DNA of 51,406 bases from Calditrichia bacterium (GCA_050633245.1 JBOEGD010000023.1:1-51406); one strand, 5' to 3'; shown: positions 34,958 to 45,555, counted from the first letter of the stretch. Notes: a model not told the origin generated them from the sequence alone. Translations and numbers: made by a program.

Positions 34958-36715
34958 CAACATCATTTTTTTGCTTATCGTAAGACTACCCTGTTGCAGT
35001 CGGTAAAGATAGATTCCACTGGCAACTTCTTTACCCGCTGCATCGACACCAGCCCAATCGGCATTATAGCTTCCGGGGTTCTGCCAACCGGAGAACAGTG
35101 TTGCAACACGACGGCCGGCTAGATCAAAGAGTTCCAGCGAAGTATTTCCCGAAGCCGTTAATACATAATTTATCCGAGTCGTTGGGTTGAACGGGTTCGG
35201 ATAATTCTGTCCCAGAGCAAACTGATCAGGAGCCAAATCATTATTGTCACCTATTCCGGTCAACGTGTTACTAAATAGAAAAAGTAGATCATCGAGTTCA
35301 TCGATCCCGGTTACGTCCATAATTCCGTCATTATTTCGATCATGAAAAACAGCACAAGACGCCGATGTGGAAGGCTCGTAATCTTCGAATATTGGAAATG
35401 TTCCATTCCCGCTATTCTCAAAGAGCCTCCAGTTACCGCTTCCCTGAGCTCCGGTTCCAAACGATGAGCTCATCATATCAAGGTCACCATCGCCATCAAT
35501 GTCACCTAAATCGATGGCAATTGGAAAGTCTCCACCCGTACTGTAGGTAACAGCCGGCGTAAGATTACCGTTTCCATCACCAATAATTACGCCGGCGGTG
35601 CCATTTGAAGAGTTAGCCACCACGGCATCGGCAAAGCCGTCTCCGTTAACATCACCAGCAGTAATCATCCATGGGGTGCCTCCGGCACTTACCTTATCCG
35701 ATACCGTGAGGCCGCCATTCCCGTCACCTAATAAAAGAATTACTTCCTGACTGGAAAGCGCGCCAACAAACAGGTCCTGAATACCATCATTATTTGCATC
35801 TGCAGCAACGATAGCAGTTTCATCCGTACCAGTTGCCTCAACCACTCCTGAAGAGATAAACGTTCCGTTACCATTTCCCAGAAAGACTGAGAGATTATCA
35901 CCATCGCGATTGGCCGTTACAACGTCCATCTTTCCATCGCCATTCAGATCTAAAATGGTAATGCCGCGAACACCATTGCCAGCCGTTAAGTTGGTCGTAG
36001 TGAATCCACCATTACCATCACCGATCATTACGTGAACCTGATTGTTCTGCGTATTGCCTACGACAACATCGATTATACCATCATTATTAAAATCGGTTGC
36101 TTCATTTGTCGATGGTCTTGCCGCATTCGTAAGAGGGTATGTAACAAATGATCCATACCCGCCCTGCTGATCATTCAGAAAAACCCGGACATCATTAGAT
36201 CGCTCATTTGGCACAAAATAGTCAGACCAACCATCGCCATTTAGATCGCCGGCATACGCTCCGTAAGTCTGAATCCACCCTTCTCCGTCACGACGTACTT
36301 CTATGCGATCGACTTCCTGAAGAAGCATACTTCCAGAGTCTACATCAGTCATGAAGTTCCAGCAATAGCCTGAATTACCACTGCTGCCACCACTATTCAT
36401 CAATGTTTTTGAAATGTTTACAGTTACCTGCTCTCCGGTAAAAAAGCTACGTGCAGGAGAAAAAACAATTCGTGAGTTATTATTTTCCAGCGTATAGCTT
36501 CCCATCATCACTCCGGACCAACGGCCAAAGACAAAGAAGTGTTCGCCAACTGCAAATGCCGGATCAACCGGACCGTCAAAATTTACAACTATGGATGTGT
36601 TCCTTGCAGCATCGGTATCGTGTGAAACAGGTGAAATAGAAATGACAGATGATGCAAACAGTTGACATGAAAACAAAAGAAGTACTGCAAGCATGCCATA
36701 ATAACGAAGGGCCAT
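34949..36715 (-). CDS. Secreted FG-GAP/VCBS-repeat protein with N-terminal Ig-like domain and FlgD-Ig/T9SS-like CTD
   Basis: ATG 36715 after GGGAG; repeats DLNGDGxxD/DFNNDG/DIDGDGDLD; 'QNYPNPFNP...KKMMLLR'. Confidence 0.9.
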   Translation of the reverse strand: MALRYYGMLAVLLLFSCQLFASSVISISPVSHDTDAARNTSIVVNFDGPVDPAFAVGEHFFVFGRWSGVMMGSYTLENNNSRIVFSPARSFFTGEQVTVNISKTLMNSGGSSGNSGYCWNFMTDVDSGSMLLQEVDRIEVRRDGEGWIQTYGAYAGDLNGDGWSDYFVPNERSNDVRVFLNDQQGGYGSFVTYPLTNAARPSTNEATDFNNDGIIDVVVGNTQNNQVHVMIGDGNGGFTTTNLTAGNGVRGITILDLNGDGKMDVVTANRDGDNLSVFLGNGNGTFISSGVVEATGTDETAIVAADANNDGIQDLFVGALSSQEVILLLGDGNGGLTVSDKVSAGGTPWMITAGDVNGDGFADAVVANSSNGTAGVIIGDGNGNLTPAVTYSTGGDFPIAIDLGDIDGDGDLDMMSSSFGTGAQGSGNWRLFENSGNGTFPIFEDYEPSTSASCAVFHDRNNDGIMDVTGIDELDDLLFLFSNTLTGIGDNNDLAPDQFALGQNYPNPFNPTTRINYVLTASGNTSLELFDLAGRRVATLFSGWQNPGSYNADWAGVDAAGKEVASGIYLYRLQQGSLTISKKMMLLR

Positions 36716-36862
36716 CGAGGTTCTCCCTAAAAATGTAGTTTGGATTGCGGAATTGATGAACTGTCTTAGTATACGGTGTAAAGGCGAAAAATATCCAGAC
36801 TCTTTTTGATACTGTTCAGAACAAAAGCTGCGCAATAACTCTGAGAAATTCCGTAAGTAAAC

Positions 36863-39800
36863 TTACTTACTCAGAATCTCTCTTACCGTTTCGGTAAGTT
36901 CCATAATATTAAACGGCTTTTTTATATATGCAGCAAGTCCGGCGGCCTTGGGGTGGCCCAGAAGGCGTTGCTTGGTATATCCACTACAAACGATAACTTT
37001 AACATTTGGTTGAATTGCCTTTAGACGGCGGAAAGTTTCAAGACCATCAATACCCGGCATTGTCATATCGACAATTGCCAGAACAAACTCTGCAGGGCTT
37101 TTGCTAAATATATCCACCCCTTCTTCACCACTGTTTGCGGTACTAACCGTGAACCCTCTTTTATTTAGCAAACGGGAGAGGAGATTTCGCACAATTGTTT
37201 CGTCATCAACAACGAGAACGCGCCCACTTCCCTGCCAATCCGGATCAGTGGAATTAATCGCTTGCTGATCGAGGTGTTGTTGATCACCTACTGGCAATAG
37301 GATATGAAATGTGCTTCCACACTCAACGCTGCTTTCCACAGCAACACCACCATTATGGCTTCTAACAATTCCCAACACCGTGGGAAGCCCGAGTCCCCTA
37401 CCGGTAAAACGTGTGGAAAAGAAGGGATCAAATATCCGCTTCACTGTCTCTGCAGACATCCCGCATCCCTGATCGACTACAGAAATCTTCACATAGTTAC
37501 CGGATTGAAGGCCCGGTGAAAAATATAAGCTTTTCGCGCATATGCCGTCGCAGTAATAGTCTTTCGTTGTCAGTGTGACGCTCTTAATGCCATTTGTCGT
37601 AATTGCCTCGTCGGCATTAGACAGGAGGTTTAAAATCACCTGTTTTATCTGAGAACGATCCGCCTGGATTTGCGGTAATCCGGGCTGAAGGTCTAGAGTC
37701 AGGTTGGCCTTTTGCGATAAAAAGGCCTTTAACAACGGATACATTTCGCGAATTTCATCATTTAAGTCAAAGTATTCGGTTGTATAGCTGCCCCGTCCGG
37801 AATATGCGAGCATTTGATTGCAAAGTTCACCAGCCTTTGTTGATATCTCGACTATTTCTGCGGCATATTGATGTTCTATTGAATTGGGAGGAAAATCCAT
37901 CTGTAGCAATTCTGCATTGCCCATAATGCCGGTAAGAAGATTATTAAAGTCATGCGCGATACCGCCGGCCATAACGCCGAGGCTTTCCAGTTTCTGCACG
38001 TGCTGTAGCTGTCGCTCCATATCACGCCGGTTTTCTTCACTTAATTTGTAATCGGTAATGTCAACCATTCCGGTTACAATAAACGGTTGCTCAGTATCAA
38101 AATCAAAGATTGTCCACTGCAAAATCAAATGCTTATCGATGTTCTTCTTCGTTTTAGCTCTGGCTTCAAAACGGAAGGTCTTCTCTCCCTTATAAAAGGC
38201 AACCAGAGAGTCGATAAATTGATCTTGTGAGTGTGGTAAAAATAATCTGCCAACTTGCGGCATCAACTCGGCCAGTGACTGTTCTCCAAGGATTCGACCG
38301 GCCTCACTATTTATTTCCTCCAGCTTCATTCCGCGCATTGCGCTATAAAATGAATCAAGATCATTGCGCAGGTAGGCTTCAATGTCTTCGATACCATTTT
38401 CTCTTAGGCGGTCGCAGTGCTGTCGAAGAATCGTAATGTCATGACGCATAAACCCAATGGGAGAAGATTCGAATATTTTTCGCAATTGTGCTTCACTATG
38501 TTGCAGCATCTGTTCAGAGTGCTTGCGGTCAGTAATATCAATCCCGCTGACAAGTAATCGAGCCTCCTCGCCATCCGAATCAATAATCTTAAGGCGCAGC
38601 AACATATAGAAATCACGACCGCTTAAACTTCGAAAAATTGCTTCACATTCATAAGAATCTTCACCGTTAAAGAAGACATCAAGAGCTTGGGCCATCTGAA
38701 ATCGCGTGGATGGTTTAAAAGTAGACCACAGTTGTGAACGGGTATCTTCGGTCTGCACAACACCGGTAATACGCAGCGTCTCTTCATTAACCGCTATCAA
38801 CTCAAGCCGATTCAGAACAGCGTTTACCTCTTCCGGGTTTGCAACAAAATGATCGCTGACAGACGTAACTCCGGCCTGCCGGATTTCTTCGAACCACATA
38901 CATATCTGAGAATAATCGAATTCGCAAAAGGCCACAGGTGTTGCTTCAAAGATGGTGCGATAGCGATGCTCACTAAGCTTTAGAGCCTGCTGGGCTTTTC
39001 GTTGTTCAGTAATATCAACGCAGGCGGCAAGAATATATTGCTCCCCGCTTTCTCCGCCATAAAGGCCCCAATGAACAAGTAAGTCTATCTTTTCCTTTGC
39101 GAGATTTCTGAAACTTATTGTTAGTTTTCCTTTACGAGCTCCATTGTATAGTGCGGTAAAAACGGCAACACCGGTTTCAAGGTAGTCATATTTAAAAAAG
39201 TCAGCGTAGTGATCCAAAAGTTCCTTTCGATCTTTCGCCTGAGCAATCAGCAGTGTTTCATCATTAACCTTGGTTGGTTGAAACTTCACAATCTGTTTCA
39301 GAACATCTTCAGGTCTGCTTCGAAGATACGATTCTACATCTGTAATATTCCTTGAGCGAAGTTCTTTAATCCAGGGCCAGACAAGTAGCATGTCATACTC
39401 TACAATGCTCGCCGGAGTGGTATTAAAAATGGTGCGATGTGCCTCTTCACTTTCTCTAAGTGCCTTCTCGGCAATCCGTCTTTCCATTTCGGTTGCGCAT
39501 CTGGAAGCAAAGACTCGTAACAGATTGATATGCGCTTTGAAATTTATTTCCGGCTTTTTAGACATCACAGCCAACACTCCCAGTACCCTCCCCTGGCTAT
39601 CTTTAAGCGGTAGTCCCAAATAGCTTTTTGCACCAACATCCTTGAATAGCTCAAAATTTGGGAATTCCTCAGTCGCGTTACCATAGAGTTCATAATCACT
39701 GCCAGAAAGGATTTGCTGATAGGGTGTACGCTCATCAATGTTGCAAGACGTTGTAAGGTAATCTGAATCGCTAAAGACAGCCAATAACTCAAGTTCTGGT

Positions 39801-41440
39801 GGATCACTGACAAACTTTCCAACAAAGGCACAGTCTGCTTCAACAACATCCAGCATGTCTTTAACTATCGTCCGATATAAGACATCCTCGCTCTCATTCT
39901 TTGTTGCGTTTACCAAATTCTCCATAGCACATTCAATGATTTTGCGTTTAGTAATATCCACAAAGCTGAGAATCAGGCGATACTCACCGCCCTCGGCTCT
40001 ATCAACAACCCAGTTGCCATGCACGTGAATAGTATTACCTTTAAGCGTGGTATAGCTATTTTCTCCCTCCGATTTATAGACGCCACGGGCCAGAGCATAC
40101 CCAAGTGCCATAACGCCAGGCATAGAGTTGTCCGTATGGATATCGGCAAAGTTGTTAATAAGGTTTTCCTGCGATCCTGCCTCCAGAAGCGCGACCGTAG
40201 AGTTATTTACGTTCAACAGCTTCATTCGATTAAGGACGTTCTCCCGCGCATTCCCCAAATTTAACACCGTGCGTAAATCATCTCCATTTTTTTCAAGCTG
40301 GTTGCGAACCCACTGAACAAGATCGGTTACATCAAATTCCCAGAAGCTAATTGGAGAAGAATCGAACAGGTAACGATAGCGTTCTTCGCTTTGGCGCAAG
40401 GCAATAATTGACTGCCGCCGCTCAATTTCAGCAGAAGCGCGATCGGCAAAGATGTTGAACATCGTTTTGGCACGCTCAACATCGGCAATCTCTTCCCTAT
40501 GCATAACCGCTATCACGCCATTGGGAGTCCCTATGCTACCTATTAGGGGTGCACCGGCATAACTTACAATATTGTTATCCGTACAGAACGTATCTTCAGG
40601 ATAGTCATTTTGCAAACTATCCTGAACTACAACAATATTACCTTCGAGAACAAGCAGACAGGGGGCAATTTCAGCGAGATAAGATATGTTTCTAACTAAT
40701 TTGCCATCGGCAAACAAAGCCAATGTTTCAATGGTAACACCATCGGGCAGCACCTCTGCAATTAAGGCAAAATCACATTCTGTTATTTCTGCAAGACTCT
40801 GTACCAGTGATTCGAAGACTGAATCGCCGCTCGCGTCAGCAAGTCCCGTTGCAGCCTTCTTCAAAGCACGCTCAGCAAATTTGCGCTCGCTGATGTCTTC
40901 GATGGTTGCAAACGAATAGAGAAGGTTTTTGGTTTCAGAATCGAATACACCCATTACCTTTGTAGAAGAGTGAAACAGGCTACCATCTTTGCAAATGTAG
41001 CGTTTTTCAAGACTAAACTTCTGCATACCTTCCGTACGCATCTTTAGCGAGAGCATCGTAGACTCTTCCCTGTCGTCCGGATGTGTTATCTCCAAAAAGC
41101 TAAGATTATGAAGTTCTACTGCAGAGTATCCCATCATGGTGGCAAAGGTATTATTTACCACCATATTCCCTGCCACATCACAAATTGCAATGCCGAACTG
41201 TATTTCTTCAAAGAAGTCGACATAACTTGCAAGAATGTCCATAAACTCCTGAGAGTCTCGAGCTTCTCGCTTAAAGGGCAGTTGAATAGAAGGGTTTGCC
41301 CCTTCAACGGCACGTCGTAGGCGACCGTTTTCAGATGAAACAGTCTCCAATTCAGATTCAAGTCTGGCAATACGCTTGTTAAGCGATTCTAAAAGTGAAT
41401 TCGTCTCCTCACTGATATGAGGTTTATTCACCAACTTCAT
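36863..41440 (-). CDS. Cytoplasmic multi-PAS/GAF hybrid histidine kinase (HisKA-HATPase-REC)
   Basis: 'ITHPDD' PAS, two GAF domains ('SYAGAPL', 'SYLGLPL'), 'AHDFNNLL', 'FDPFFSTR..GRGLGL', 'VVDDE...VDMTMP'. Confidence 0.93.
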   Translation of the reverse strand: MKLVNKPHISEETNSLLESLNKRIARLESELETVSSENGRLRRAVEGANPSIQLPFKREARDSQEFMDILASYVDFFEEIQFGIAICDVAGNMVVNNTFATMMGYSAVELHNLSFLEITHPDDREESTMLSLKMRTEGMQKFSLEKRYICKDGSLFHSSTKVMGVFDSETKNLLYSFATIEDISERKFAERALKKAATGLADASGDSVFESLVQSLAEITECDFALIAEVLPDGVTIETLALFADGKLVRNISYLAEIAPCLLVLEGNIVVVQDSLQNDYPEDTFCTDNNIVSYAGAPLIGSIGTPNGVIAVMHREEIADVERAKTMFNIFADRASAEIERRQSIIALRQSEERYRYLFDSSPISFWEFDVTDLVQWVRNQLEKNGDDLRTVLNLGNARENVLNRMKLLNVNNSTVALLEAGSQENLINNFADIHTDNSMPGVMALGYALARGVYKSEGENSYTTLKGNTIHVHGNWVVDRAEGGEYRLILSFVDITKRKIIECAMENLVNATKNESEDVLYRTIVKDMLDVVEADCAFVGKFVSDPPELELLAVFSDSDYLTTSCNIDERTPYQQILSGSDYELYGNATEEFPNFELFKDVGAKSYLGLPLKDSQGRVLGVLAVMSKKPEINFKAHINLLRVFASRCATEMERRIAEKALRESEEAHRTIFNTTPASIVEYDMLLVWPWIKELRSRNITDVESYLRSRPEDVLKQIVKFQPTKVNDETLLIAQAKDRKELLDHYADFFKYDYLETGVAVFTALYNGARKGKLTISFRNLAKEKIDLLVHWGLYGGESGEQYILAACVDITEQRKAQQALKLSEHRYRTIFEATPVAFCEFDYSQICMWFEEIRQAGVTSVSDHFVANPEEVNAVLNRLELIAVNEETLRITGVVQTEDTRSQLWSTFKPSTRFQMAQALDVFFNGEDSYECEAIFRSLSGRDFYMLLRLKIIDSDGEEARLLVSGIDITDRKHSEQMLQHSEAQLRKIFESSPIGFMRHDITILRQHCDRLRENGIEDIEAYLRNDLDSFYSAMRGMKLEEINSEAGRILGEQSLAELMPQVGRLFLPHSQDQFIDSLVAFYKGEKTFRFEARAKTKKNIDKHLILQWTIFDFDTEQPFIVTGMVDITDYKLSEENRRDMERQLQHVQKLESLGVMAGGIAHDFNNLLTGIMGNAELLQMDFPPNSIEHQYAAEIVEISTKAGELCNQMLAYSGRGSYTTEYFDLNDEIREMYPLLKAFLSQKANLTLDLQPGLPQIQADRSQIKQVILNLLSNADEAITTNGIKSVTLTTKDYYCDGICAKSLYFSPGLQSGNYVKISVVDQGCGMSAETVKRIFDPFFSTRFTGRGLGLPTVLGIVRSHNGGVAVESSVECGSTFHILLPVGDQQHLDQQAINSTDPDWQGSGRVLVVDDETIVRNLLSRLLNKRGFTVSTANSGEEGVDIFSKSPAEFVLAIVDMTMPGIDGLETFRRLKAIQPNVKVIVCSGYTKQRLLGHPKAAGLAAYIKKPFNIMELTETVREILSK

Positions 41441-41733
41441 AGCGTCTCCAAATACAGGGATGTGAGGACGACACGCCGGGGCCTGGCATGCACAATTGAT
41501 ATAAAGATTTTGACAAATCTTCGAAAAAGAAAAATCTGTAAATAAATGGGTGCGGTGTGCTGCTAATATACGACAAATATATTTTAGCAGTCAACTGATA
41601 TTCGATTTCTAACCGCATAAAAATCCTGCTCAAAACAATTCTACTATGCAGATTACAGAAATTGCAGAATAATGTTTCTAGTCTTACATTCTTCAACCAC
41701 TTTAACAAACCTAATTATATCAGGAGTTATAAT

Positions 41734-44700
41734 ATGAAGCAACGCAACGGCAGACTTTTGCTAGTCTTTTCCCTATGCTTATTTATTGCCGGTAGCATAT
41801 TTGCAGATCAGACGGCTAACAGTAAAATGCACAACATATTGAAAGAGGCGAAGGTCTTTTCTGGAGCAAATTCGAATACCATTATTGGCATTCATTTTCA
41901 GGAAGCTGTGAAAGCCTCGCCAATTGACTTCCTTGAGCAGGCAAGAAACACATTCGGTATTTCGCAGGATATCCTTTATGTAGCCGCAGAGCAGAAGAAG
42001 GATCGACTGGGACATACGCGGCACAGCTTTCAACCGGAATATAAATCGATTCCTCTTGCAAATACCACCGTGCTTGTCCATACGAATTCTGATGGAATTA
42101 TCGCGTTAACAGGCAATTTGACAGATATTGGAGAAATCTCTACAAATCCTGCTCTTTCCATTAATACCGCAAGAGACATTGCATTAAAGGCTGTTAATGC
42201 CAAAAAATGGCTTTGGGAAGAAAGCGAGATGGAGAGCTGGATTAAGGAACAACGAAACGATGCCAGCGCAAGCTTTTATCCCGAGGGAAGGTTAGTCATC
42301 ACCGGAGGCAGAGCCGTTTTGCAGGCCACAAATGCAACATTGGCTTACGAATTTCGCGTTTTCTCTGCTGAACCGTATTTCGAAGAAGACGTATTCGTCG
42401 ATGCTCAAAGCGGTGAAATACTAAATCGAATACCACGCGTCTATTTTGACGATGTGCCCTCCAGTGGACAAAGTGGTTATAATGGAATCGTTTCGTTTAC
42501 ATCCGACAGCACAAACGCCGGGTTTTACGTTTTACGTGAAGAATCCAGAGGTGGTGGCATTCGAACACTCGACCTGCTAAATACCGAGAACTATTCGGCA
42601 GCAGCGGATTTCGAAGATTTTGATAACTTTTTTGATGATACACGCGCCCACTCCGGTGTAAACCTGCACTGGGCAACAGAAGCCACATACGATTACTTCC
42701 TGACAAAACATGGACGCAATAGTTTTGATGATAATGGCACAATTATTACCGGCTACGCTCATGCACTTAGCCAATGGAATAATGCCCAGTGGCTAAGCGG
42801 AATTAACGCCATGAGATTTGGCGATGGCGATGGTTTGCTTTTCAATGAGCTCACATCAGTCGATGTGGTTTCCCATGAGTTTTCCCATGGCGTTACACAA
42901 TACACTGCTGGGTTAATATATCAGGATGAATCCGGGGCATTAAATGAATCCTTCAGCGATATCTTTGGAGCGATGGTAGAATTTGAGCTGTTGGGCGTGA
43001 ATGGCAATTGGTTGATAGGCGAAGATGTAATGGCTAATGGTGCAGCATCGCTGCGTTCAATGTCTTCCCCCAACGCTGCAGGTGATCCGGATACTTACTT
43101 CGGTAACCTCTGGGCTCCTCTTGGTGGTGGTGACAATGGTGGCGTACACAGCAATAGCGGCGTGCAAAATTTTTGGTTCTACCTTCTTTCAGATGGAGGA
43201 AGTGGCACAAACGACAATGGTGATTCATATAGCGTCACGGGGCTTGGTAGTGAAACGGCTGCTGCCATCGCCTATCGGAGCCTTGCTACCTACCTTACCC
43301 AATCATCCGGATTTAGCGATGCTCGTTTAGGGAGCATCCTCGCGGCAGTGGATCTCTATGGAGAGGGCAGCACTGAGTTTAATGCTGTCATTGACGCATG
43401 GAATGCCGTCGGTGTTTATTACCCAAGCCTTGATGCCCAGGTAGCCGCACCTTCCACCATTAACTTTATTACCGAACTCGGTGAAAATAGCCTTCAATCA
43501 TTTTTCATTGCAAATCAAGGTCTTGAAAGTCTAATTATCACCGACGTCAGCGTATCGGCAAACAGTGATTTTCAAATTTTCAACGCGCCGGCATTTCCAA
43601 TTACACTTCCAGATTTGCTGGATTCACTTGAATTGAGCCTGATATTCACGCCATCCACTGAAGGGGTCGTTAACGGGGCGATTGAAATTAGTACGAACGA
43701 TCCTGTCACTCCTGTCTTTACTATTGGGCTTATTGGTGATGGTTACGTTATCTCTGCCATTCAGGAAGGTACGATCTATGCCGTTGGTGGACGCCAGGCG
43801 GGTGGCCAAGTATTTACAGTAAATCAGTATACCGGAACAGCAACGGCAATTGACAGTTCCGGTATCCCGGCATTAGCCGGAATAGACATTCGCCCTTCTA
43901 ATGGCGAACTCTATGGTTTGTTTAACGCTGGAAGCACTACCGATATTCTCAGAATTAGCGCGAATACAGGACGGGCATTCGAACATATCAATTTTGATGT
44001 GGGGAATGTTCAGGGAATTGCTTTCGACAACAATGACGATCTCTTTGCAATCAACTTTACCGTCGGTATTTTATACAAGGTAAACCCCGACGATGGAACA
44101 GTTAGCCAAATCGGCCCAACAGCTGTCAGGTTGGTGGCGGGTATGGCTATAAATCCGCTTGATGGTCAGTTATGGGCTATCTCAGCAAATGGCATACTCT
44201 ACCAAATTGACAAAATGAATGGTAATTCATCCGCAGTGGGCCCAACCGGACTGAACAGAGCCAATGAAATTCTTTTTGATGCGGAAGGTAAACTCTACGG
44301 CATAGATGGATATGAGAATGATCCGGCTGTGTTGGTGGAGATAGACCCTGCAAGCGGAGCTGCGACCGAAATTGGTCCAATGGGTTATAGCGATATTAGC
44401 GGACTTGCAGCTCGCGGGGTTATTACCGGAATTGAAGATGAAATTAGCAGCGAACTACCGTCAAGCTTCCAGCTCCACACAAATTTTCCCAATCCGTTTA
44501 ATCCGACAACGAGTATTCGCTACGATCTGCCGAAAAGCAGCAGCGTTTCGCTTGGTATCTATAATTCACTTGGACAGCTGGTGCGCAAGCTGGTTAGCGA
44601 AGAACAAAGTGCCGGCTTTAAAACAGTTCGTTGGGATGGAAGGAATGAAGCTGGACAGTCGACAAGCTCGGGCATCTACCTCTATCGCCTTGAGGCGGGA

Positions 44701-44739
44701 GACTTTGTTCAAACCCGCAAAATGATGCTGTTGAAATAA
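41734..44739 (+). CDS. M4 (thermolysin-like) metallopeptidase with propeptide, Ig-like domain, beta-propeller and FlgD-Ig/T9SS-like CTD
   Basis: ATG 41734 after AGGAG; 'NNAQW', 'HEFSH', 'GALNESFSD', 'GGVHSNSG'; 'NFPNPFNP...KMMLLK'. Confidence 0.93.
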   Translation: MKQRNGRLLLVFSLCLFIAGSIFADQTANSKMHNILKEAKVFSGANSNTIIGIHFQEAVKASPIDFLEQARNTFGISQDILYVAAEQKKDRLGHTRHSFQPEYKSIPLANTTVLVHTNSDGIIALTGNLTDIGEISTNPALSINTARDIALKAVNAKKWLWEESEMESWIKEQRNDASASFYPEGRLVITGGRAVLQATNATLAYEFRVFSAEPYFEEDVFVDAQSGEILNRIPRVYFDDVPSSGQSGYNGIVSFTSDSTNAGFYVLREESRGGGIRTLDLLNTENYSAAADFEDFDNFFDDTRAHSGVNLHWATEATYDYFLTKHGRNSFDDNGTIITGYAHALSQWNNAQWLSGINAMRFGDGDGLLFNELTSVDVVSHEFSHGVTQYTAGLIYQDESGALNESFSDIFGAMVEFELLGVNGNWLIGEDVMANGAASLRSMSSPNAAGDPDTYFGNLWAPLGGGDNGGVHSNSGVQNFWFYLLSDGGSGTNDNGDSYSVTGLGSETAAAIAYRSLATYLTQSSGFSDARLGSILAAVDLYGEGSTEFNAVIDAWNAVGVYYPSLDAQVAAPSTINFITELGENSLQSFFIANQGLESLIITDVSVSANSDFQIFNAPAFPITLPDLLDSLELSLIFTPSTEGVVNGAIEISTNDPVTPVFTIGLIGDGYVISAIQEGTIYAVGGRQAGGQVFTVNQYTGTATAIDSSGIPALAGIDIRPSNGELYGLFNAGSTTDILRISANTGRAFEHINFDVGNVQGIAFDNNDDLFAINFTVGILYKVNPDDGTVSQIGPTAVRLVAGMAINPLDGQLWAISANGILYQIDKMNGNSSAVGPTGLNRANEILFDAEGKLYGIDGYENDPAVLVEIDPASGAATEIGPMGYSDISGLAARGVITGIEDEISSELPSSFQLHTNFPNPFNPTTSIRYDLPKSSSVSLGIYNSLGQLVRKLVSEEQSAGFKTVRWDGRNEAGQSTSSGIYLYRLEAGDFVQTRKMMLLK

Positions 44740-44740
44740 T

Positions 44741-44833
44741 AGAACTGGAGCAGTCTTGAGAAAACTGGAGCAGTCTTGAAAAAACTGGAGCAGTCTTGAG
44801 AAAACTGGAGCAGTCTTGAAGACTGCTCCAGTT
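44741..44833. repeat. 20-bp tandem repeat x4 closed by an inverted copy (REP-like palindrome with amplified left arm)
   Basis: A(A/G)AACTGGAGCAGTCTTGA(G/A) x4 (44741-44820); AACTGGAGCAGTCTT-G-AAGACTGCTCCAGTT at 44803-44833. Confidence 0.95.
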
Positions 44834-44844
44834 GGATAGAATGA

Positions 44845-45429
44845 TTATTCGGCAACAATTCCACGCAGATTCCAATTGACACTTTCACCGGCACGATCGC
44901 GATAGGTACGCCAGCCATCAGCTGCTATATAAAGCCAATCTCCATTGGCCTTGGCCGGACCGGCATCACAGCCAACGGTGCGACCACCATTCGGCAAGCT
45001 CACCTCAAGGCTGATCCAAATATCATTTGTGCCTAAAGGAACAACACTGCTAAAATCGAAACGATTCCATCGATTGGCACGTAGCGAGGCGGTCATATTG
45101 GCTGAGAACAGTAATCCCCCCGGCGTGTTGGCTGAACCTGCTCCGTAGATTTTCACCGTAGCTGCATCTGGCCGATTGGTCAAATAAAAATAAACGCCCG
45201 TTAGGCTACCACCTGCGTAACTGCCAATATCTGATGCTGTAAAGCGGGAGGCAAACTCCCATGTTCCGCTGGTTAGCGTCGGAGCAGAATCTTGTTCGCC
45301 ATCCAAATTAAGAAATGGTCCATCGAAATCATCATCGGGGTTACTGCTTCCACTACATCCAGCGAGTAAAACAATGAGAAAGACACAGCTTATTTGAAGA
45401 ACAGTTTTATTTGCGAAAATCGATATCAT
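44845..45429 (-). CDS. Hypothetical lipoprotein with a single beta-sandwich domain
   Basis: AAGGA RBS; lipobox LAGC; 'WNRFDF...DIWISL...GCDAGPA...NWNLRG'. Confidence 0.82.
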   Translation of the reverse strand: MISIFANKTVLQISCVFLIVLLAGCSGSSNPDDDFDGPFLNLDGEQDSAPTLTSGTWEFASRFTASDIGSYAGGSLTGVYFYLTNRPDAATVKIYGAGSANTPGGLLFSANMTASLRANRWNRFDFSSVVPLGTNDIWISLEVSLPNGGRTVGCDAGPAKANGDWLYIAADGWRTYRDRAGESVNWNLRGIVAE

Positions 45430-45555
45430 TGGCCGATTCCTTCACGTAGTACATATTCATGTTAATGTTTTCTAAACTTATCGTTCGCCAGTCAAAAAAA
45501 CAAAGGTGATCAGTAAAGAACTTCAAGACCGGTTATTCTGCCGCAGCAGAAAAAT

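Noticed and set aside
44741-44833. CRISPR array
   Set aside because: Repeats are head-to-tail with no unique spacers, and there are no cas genes in the window.
44618-44918. Minus-strand ORFs with 'QDCSSF..TAPVFSRLL' repeats
   Set aside because: Translations of the 20-bp repeat that overlap two real genes.
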